Made by a program: the position numbers and the translations under genes. Below the pieces are notes generated by a model. The model saw only the letters and a list, made by a program, of their open reading frames with translations. It was not told the DNA's origin and ran no database searches. Positions 63,143-64,000 of a DNA stretch of 64,000 bases are shown piece by piece (position 1 is the first letter of the stretch; each line of letters starts with the position of its first letter). The stretch comes from Candidatus Undinarchaeota archaeon (lineage in GTDB: Archaea; Undinarchaeota; Undinarchaeia; Undinarchaeales; UBA543): positions 35,800-99,799 of the forward strand of contig CAZMMZ010000001.1 of the NCBI GenBank assembly GCA_964567575.1. Reading direction: 5' to 3'.

Positions 63143-64000
63143 ATGACAGACAAAGACAAAGATGAAGTAAAACAAGGCCCTGAGCTAGAACTCAAGGTTT
63201 CAAAAGCAATGCCAGAAGATGCTGAAAAAGGTATTATTCGATTTGACTCCAAAGCAATGCAAGAAATCGGCGTTGCTCCAGGAGATATTGTTCATGTTCA
63301 AGGCAAGCGACTAACTGTCGCTGTTGCAGCGAAAGCGTATCCAAGCGACGTCGGAATGGGTGTTGTTCGTATTGATGGGCTTTTGCGAAAAAATTCTGAA
63401 GCAGGAATTGGTGAAACAGTGAAACTTTCAAAAGCTGACATCAAAGAAGCTGAGAAAGTTGTAATTGCTCCTGCGCAAAAAGGTTTGCACATCCAGATCC
63501 AAGGCGGGGGTATGGAAAAGAGTTTGATGGGCAGACCAGTTATGAAAGGGGATATGGTTTCCCCACTTCGCGCATCACAACAGAGAATGAGAGATCCACT
63601 TTCAGATATATTTTCTTCCATGCTAGGTGGTGGCTTTTCTCCAATGTCCGGTTTCCCTGGGCTTAAGTTCGTAGTTGCGAATACTAAGCCCAAGGGGGCT
63701 GTGATTATAACAGACCGCACAGAGGTTGTTGTAAATCCAGAAGCAGTTGAGATGACTGAAATGGAGAAAATCCCATCTGTAACTTACGAAGATATTGGAG
63801 GTTGTGGAGACGCAATCTCAAAAGTTCGTGAAATGATTGAGCTTCCACTTAAACACCCAGAACTTTTCGAGAAACTCGGAGTTGAACCACCAAAAGGAGT
63901 TCTGCTTTACGGTCCTCCTGGAACTGGAAAAACACTCTTAGCAAAAGCTGTTGCAAATGAAACCAGCTCAAACTTTTTTGTAATTAATGGTCCAGAACTT
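63143..64000 (+). CDS. cdc48: CDC48/VCP-like AAA+ ATPase, N-terminal 286 codons (continues beyond the window)
   Basis: Hand translation [56 protein letters not shown]... (CDC48 N-domain), then [17 protein letters not shown]. Confidence 0.85.
   Translation, partial: MTDKDKDEVKQGPELELKVSKAMPEDAEKGIIRFDSKAMQEIGVAPGDIVHVQGKRLTVAVAAKAYPSDVGMGVVRIDGLLRKNSEAGIGETVKLSKADIKEAEKVVIAPAQKGLHIQIQGGGMEKSLMGRPVMKGDMVSPLRASQQRMRDPLSDIFSSMLGGGFSPMSGFPGLKFVVANTKPKGAVIITDRTEVVVNPEAVEMTEMEKIPSVTYEDIGGCGDAISKVREMIELPLKHPELFEKLGVEPPKGVLLYGPPGTGKTLLAKAVANETSSNFFVINGPEL

Noticed and set aside
1-64000. Diversity-generating retroelement, toxin-antitoxin or known defence systems
   Set aside because: No reverse transcriptase (YxDD), nuclease-toxin folds or known defence-gene signatures were recognised in any ORF. 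The RHH protein at 62909 has no adjacent toxin-like partner; the next gene is cdc48.

Overview
AT-rich, very gene-dense archaeal chromosome segment. The euryarchaeal/DPANN-like gene set includes PolD, RadB, Hef and Orc1/Cdc6, and many genes overlap by 4 nt as ATGA start/stop junctions. All calls come from reading the sequence and ORF track by eye. No searches were run, and hand-derived coordinates may be off by a few nt.

Content:
- A replication/repair concentration: rpa-radA, scpB, hel308, orc1/cdc6 followed by PolD DP1 and DP2, hef, a type IA topoisomerase, radB, and the cdc48 5' end.
- A predicted oriC (17972-18504) with ORB-like repeats and an A/T-only unwinding element directly upstream of orc1/cdc6.
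- A serS-aminotransferase-dehydrogenase cluster.
- A minus-strand PRPP/pyrimidine operon: PRTase-like, rpiA, two prs paralogs, pyrC, pyrK, a small TM gene, pyrD.
- A surface-glycan-like cluster.
- Three tRNAs: Leu-TAG, Thr-CGT, Gly-CCC.
- No rRNA, CRISPR array, transposase, integrase or reverse transcriptase was recognised.

The most unusual region is an accessory-looking, repeat-dense segment at about 39.3-45.6 kb.
- Two roughly 300-bp arms in inverted orientation (40443-40722 and 43900-44219) each carry 4-5 exact copies of the octamer CTCACAAA.
- The arms share a perfect 16-bp block and a perfect 19-bp block. tRNA-Gly sits inside the left arm.
- They bracket a 3.2-kb core that encodes three small winged-helix proteins, a 35-aa polybasic (eL41-like) peptide and an ORF interrupted by an in-frame TAA.
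- The core also holds at least three further families of palindromes or direct repeats.

I cannot assign this architecture to a known element class.
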